From: Dehalococcoidia bacterium
GTDB taxonomy: Bacteria; Chloroflexota; Dehalococcoidia; Plut-88900
DNA: 19,723 nt
Assembly (NCBI GenBank): GCA_965249275.1
Contig: CBDFLQ010000001.1
Coordinates: 1 to 19,723, forward strand
Direction of reading: 5' to 3'
In this document: positions 16,742 through 19,723 of the stretch, in pieces
How positions within the stretch are numbered: the stretch's first letter is position 1
Layout of the letters: the number at the start of each line of letters is the position of its first letter
Made by a program: the position numbers and the translations under genes
The notes under the pieces: generated by a model
Told to the model about the DNA's origin: nothing
What the model saw: only the letters and a program-made list of their open reading frames with translations
Databases searched by the model: none

Positions 16742-16789
16742 AGGCTGAGCTAGCTTGCCTGTGCGCCCAATCGGCAGAGCGCCGAGGGC
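16742..16789 (-). terminator. Tandem hairpins after acpP (possible terminator or 3' stabiliser)
   Basis: Minus strand GCCC-TCGGC-gctct-GCCGA-tt-GGGC (16789-16765), then a weaker AGGC...GCCT stem (16760-16742) followed by TCCCTTT. The U-tract is poor. Confidence 0.4.
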
Positions 16790-16790
16790 T

Positions 16791-17051
16791 TTAGGCGCCT
16801 GTATCTACGTTTTCCGAGATGAAGTCGATCGCATCCTGAACGGTCAGAATTTTCTCGGCGTCCTCGTCGGCGATTTCCAGTTTCTGGTCACCCTTGCTGA
16901 ACTCATCCTCCAAGGCCATGATCAACTCAACCAAGTCCAGGGAATCGGCGTTGAGGTCATCGATGAAAGAGGCAGAAGAAACCACTTCTGCCTCTTCGAC
17001 ACCAAGCTGCTCTACTATTATCTTCTTAACTCTGTCATGGACTTCAGTCAT
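16791..17051 (-). CDS. acpP: Acyl carrier protein
   Basis: [20 protein letters not shown] phosphopantetheine motif; acidic 86 aa; SD AGGAG. Confidence 0.98.
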   Translation of the reverse strand: MTEVHDRVKKIIVEQLGVEEAEVVSSASFIDDLNADSLDLVELIMALEDEFSKGDQKLEIADEDAEKILTVQDAIDFISENVDTGA

Positions 17052-17086
17052 TGCATAACTCCTGTTAGTGACTGCTAATTGTCTAT

Positions 17087-17115
17087 ATGTAAAGGCTACA
17101 GGGGGGTCGTGTCAA
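17087..17115 (-). promoter_or_regulatory. Possible internal acpP promoter
   Basis: Minus strand TTGACA (17115-17110, overlapping the nusB stop), 17-nt spacer, TTACAT (weak -10). Confidence 0.4.
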
Positions 17116-17522
17116 GCATTGCGCTCGGCGAGCAAACTCCCCAGCACGCCGTTTACGAAACGCTGCGAACTATCGCTTCCGAAGGTCTTGGCCAACTCGA
17201 CAGCCTCGTTGGCTGCGGCCTTGGGTGGAGTGTCAGTCGGTGCAGTGAGCTCGTATACGGCTATGCGCAAGATATTACGGTCTATAGAGGAAAGTTGGGA
17301 GATCGGCCAGTTGGGAGCATATGACTCGATGATCCGGTCTATATTTTCTATCCGGTTGACGACTCCCTTGGCGAGCTCGGCGCCGAATTTCCAAGAGTCA
17401 TCGGATGGGTCAGTTCTTTCCTTGGACCGCTCTAAGATGGCGCTGACTTCGTGACGCACCGTATCGGCTTCATAGAGCGCCTGCAGCGCCAAGATTCTGC
17501 CTTTTCGTCTGGACCCGGGCAT
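17112..17522 (-). CDS. nusB: Transcription antitermination factor NusB
   Basis: RRKGRILALQALY, IDRNILRIAVYEL, NEAVELAKTFG, FVNGVLG. Confidence 0.97.
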   Translation of the reverse strand: MPGSRRKGRILALQALYEADTVRHEVSAILERSKERTDPSDDSWKFGAELAKGVVNRIENIDRIIESYAPNWPISQLSSIDRNILRIAVYELTAPTDTPPKAAANEAVELAKTFGSDSSQRFVNGVLGSLLAERNA

Positions 17523-17534
17523 ATTGTTCCCCAG

Positions 17535-18287
17535 CTACGTCATGAACATTCCGCCATCGACGTTGATCACCTGTCCAGTGATGTATGCCGAACGGTCGGA
17601 TGCAAGGAACTCTACGAGGTCGGCGACATCATCGGGGGAGCCGAACCGGGCTTGGGGGATCTGGCCTCGGAGTCTGTCCCGGACCTGTTCGCTAAGGCCG
17701 GAGGTCATGTCCGTATCTATGAAGCCGGGGGCCACGGCGTTGACGGTAATGTTTCGGGATGCGACTTCTCGAGCCGTAGTCTTGGTCAAGCCGATTATTC
17801 CGGCCTTGGCGGCGGCATAGTTCGCCTGACCCGGGTTACCGGCCACCCCCACGACGCTGGAAATGTTAATTATTCTTCCCCAGCGGCTTCTCACCATGCC
17901 GCTGAGAACCTTCTGAGTGCACAAGAACGCGCCACGCAGGTTAGTGTTGAGGACCGCGTCCCAATCATCCAGTTTCATGCGTAGGAGCAGCCCGTCCCGG
18001 TTGATCCCGGCGTTGTTTACCAGGATGTCTACCTTGCCGAATCGATCAATAGTGGCCTTGACCAGCGTCTCTACGTCTTCCTGGGAATTGACATCCGCGT
18101 GGGTGAAGAGGAGGTTTTCGGTGGGGACACCGGCGGCTTCGACCAAGGCTCGGGTGGCGGAGATATCGTGCAACCCGCCGACAGAGACCAATGCCCCCGA
18201 CCTGGCCAGCCTTACGGCAATGGCCTGCCCTATGCCCCGGGATCCCCCGGTTACGATGGCAATTTTTCCCGCGAGATTCTGGTCCAA
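17535..18287 (-). CDS. fabG: 3-oxoacyl-ACP reductase
   Basis: TGGSRGIG, NNAGINRDGLLLRM, GNPGQANYAAAKAG, APGFIDTDMT; follows fabD. TTG start. Confidence 0.96.
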   Translation of the reverse strand: MDQNLAGKIAIVTGGSRGIGQAIAVRLARSGALVSVGGLHDISATRALVEAAGVPTENLLFTHADVNSQEDVETLVKATIDRFGKVDILVNNAGINRDGLLLRMKLDDWDAVLNTNLRGAFLCTQKVLSGMVRSRWGRIINISSVVGVAGNPGQANYAAAKAGIIGLTKTTAREVASRNITVNAVAPGFIDTDMTSGLSEQVRDRLRGQIPQARFGSPDDVADLVEFLASDRSAYITGQVINVDGGMFMT

Positions 18288-18326
18288 GTTAATGTGCTGT
18301 ATAGCTAAGGGCGCCGAAGCCGGGTA

Positions 18327-19253
18327 TTAGCCGCTGAAGTAGTCATTCAAGGTCAAAGCGGAGACTGAGGGGTCGATGCGGCGCACGAGGCTGCTGAGGA
18401 TCTTGCCTGGCCCGATTTCCACGAAGGTGGTCACACCTGCCCCTATCATGTATTCGACGCTCCCCAGCCACTGGACGCAGTGGCATAGCTGCCAGACCAG
18501 TTCCTCCCGGATATCACCGGCTGCGACCACGGGCCTCGCGCTGCTGTTGGCCACGATCGGCACCATGGCGTCGCTCAGGCTAACCTGGTCGATAGCACTG
18601 GTCATACGCTCGACGGTGGGTTCCATCAGGTTGGAGTGGAAGGCGGAGCCAACAGGAAGAGGCACGACTTTTTTGGCGCCTCGGGCCCTTGCCAGGTCCA
18701 GTGCGTTGGCGATGTTCACATGGGGCCCGCTTATTACTATCTGCTCCCGGGAGTTGATGTTGGATATCTGCATCCCGGTCTGCTGGCATATCTCTTCAGT
18801 GGTGGACTCATCCAGGCCGATGATAGCGGCCATGCCGCCGGGCTGGATGCTGTTGGCATTCTGCATGAGCTGACCCCGCTCCCTAACCAGGGGCAGGGCG
18901 TCGGAGAAGGGGAGGGTGTCGGCGGCAACGAGGGCGACGTACTCACCGAGGCTGTGTCCCGCCACGAAAGCGGGGCTTACCAATTGGCCATCGGACTTTT
19001 CTTTCATATCCGCCAAGGCCGCCAAGCTCGTCGTGAATATTGCGGGCTGGGCGTTTTGAGTCTGGGTCAACTCTTCTTGGGGTCCCTCAAAGCAGAGTCG
19101 CGTAAGAGAGAAACCGAGAATTTCGTCCGCCTCGTCGAATATCGACCGCGCAGTGGGAGAGCTCTCATAGAGGTCCTTGCCCATTCCCACTACCTGTGAC
19201 CCCTGACCCGGGAATATGAACGCGGTCTTTTTTTCTTCTAGCTGTGCAACCAT
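18327..19253 (-). CDS. fabD: Malonyl-CoA:ACP transacylase
   Basis: FPGQGSQ, TQNAQPAI, GHSLGEY, AFHS, EIGPGKIL. Start moved to ATG 19253 behind SD AAGGAG. Confidence 0.97.
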   Translation of the reverse strand: MVAQLEEKKTAFIFPGQGSQVVGMGKDLYESSPTARSIFDEADEILGFSLTRLCFEGPQEELTQTQNAQPAIFTTSLAALADMKEKSDGQLVSPAFVAGHSLGEYVALVAADTLPFSDALPLVRERGQLMQNANSIQPGGMAAIIGLDESTTEEICQQTGMQISNINSREQIVISGPHVNIANALDLARARGAKKVVPLPVGSAFHSNLMEPTVERMTSAIDQVSLSDAMVPIVANSSARPVVAAGDIREELVWQLCHCVQWLGSVEYMIGAGVTTFVEIGPGKILSSLVRRIDPSVSALTLNDYFSG

Positions 19254-19284
19254 AGATGAATCTCCTTGATGACGTTCAAGGGAA

Positions 19285-19461
19285 CTATTCGGCGAATACT
19301 TCCCTGCCGTTGTAGGTGCCGCACGTGGGGCAAACATGATGGGAGAGCTTGGGATTGCGGCAACGGGAACATTCGACGAGGGAGGGTCCTATGACTTTAT
19401 CCTGCCCACGCCGCTTATTTCTTCTGGCCTTGCTCGTCTTTCTCTTCGGTAGTGCGCCCAT
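19285..19461 (-). CDS. rpmF: 50S ribosomal protein L32, zinc-binding form
   Basis: MGALPKRKTSKARRNKRR...CSRC...HHVCPTCGTYNGR; 58 aa from ATG 19461. Confidence 0.97.
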   Translation of the reverse strand: MGALPKRKTSKARRNKRRGQDKVIGPSLVECSRCRNPKLSHHVCPTCGTYNGREVFAE

Positions 19462-19489
19462 AATTATCTTTGAATCTCCGCGACCGGCC

Positions 19490-19723
19490 TCACGCCGTTC
19501 GATATTTTGCCAGGAGGCCCGAAAGCCCCGATTCTTCGGATCCCTCGGCAATAACGCAAAGGCAACCGGTCTGAGTCAGATCAGCTCCGCACCGAGAGCA
19601 AAGGCCGGGACAATCGGGCCTGCACACGGGTTTCAGCGGGCTGTTCAATGTAGCGTATTCTTTCAGCGCGGGTTTCAGGTCCAGAAGGTTATTGGAATCA
19701 ATGAGCAGGTTGTCTGCCCGAAG
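19490..19723 (-). CDS. yceD: YceD/DUF177 protein, C-terminal 77 aa (5' part outside the window; not in the ORF track)
   Basis: Manual translation gives ...LLDLKPALKEYATLNSPLKPVCRPDCPGLCSRCGADLTQTGCLC...KYRTA*, with the Cys-rich DUF177 motif, directly upstream of rpmF. Confidence 0.9.
   Translation of the reverse strand, partial: LRADNLLIDSNNLLDLKPALKEYATLNSPLKPVCRPDCPGLCSRCGADLTQTGCLCVIAEGSEESGLSGLLAKYRTA

Noticed and set aside
19254-19551. Extended starts for fabD (19337) and rpmF (19551)
   Set aside because: They would overlap rpmF and yceD; SD position and family N-termini favour 19253 and 19461.
1-19723. CRISPR array, IS element, prophage or defence system
   Set aside because: No regularly spaced repeats or hallmark genes were seen; nearly all sequence is accounted for by the listed genes and short intergenic gaps.

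Overview
A bacterial chromosomal window that is mostly housekeeping. Gene content and a lineage-type insertion in FtsK suggest Chloroflexota/Dehalococcoidia, possibly SAR202-like (inference). Left arm: a truncated tRNA-Gln(TTG) on the minus strand, divergent from a four-gene operon (two MaoC/hotdog proteins and two family III CoA-transferases); then uvrB, an uncharacterised 355-aa protein and a class I SAM methyltransferase; then a DUF59/SufT protein and an Mrp/NBP35 ATPase. Right arm, all minus strand: yceD (partial)-rpmF-fabD-fabG-nusB-acpP, then family 4 udg-rnj-ftsK-accD/accA fusion-SDR. I saw no CRISPR array, transposase, integrase or phage gene. The most notable signals are residue-level. 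The Mrp lacks its CxxC cluster-binding motif and has one Cys at a different site. The AccDA fusion has both Gly-Gly oxyanion motifs altered. The acyl-CoA operon looks like two catalytic/non-catalytic heteromeric pairs. The unknown protein behind uvrB appears internally duplicated and has no Cys. The UDG ends in a beta-clamp-type motif. All family calls come from motif recognition by eye; no database searches were run.
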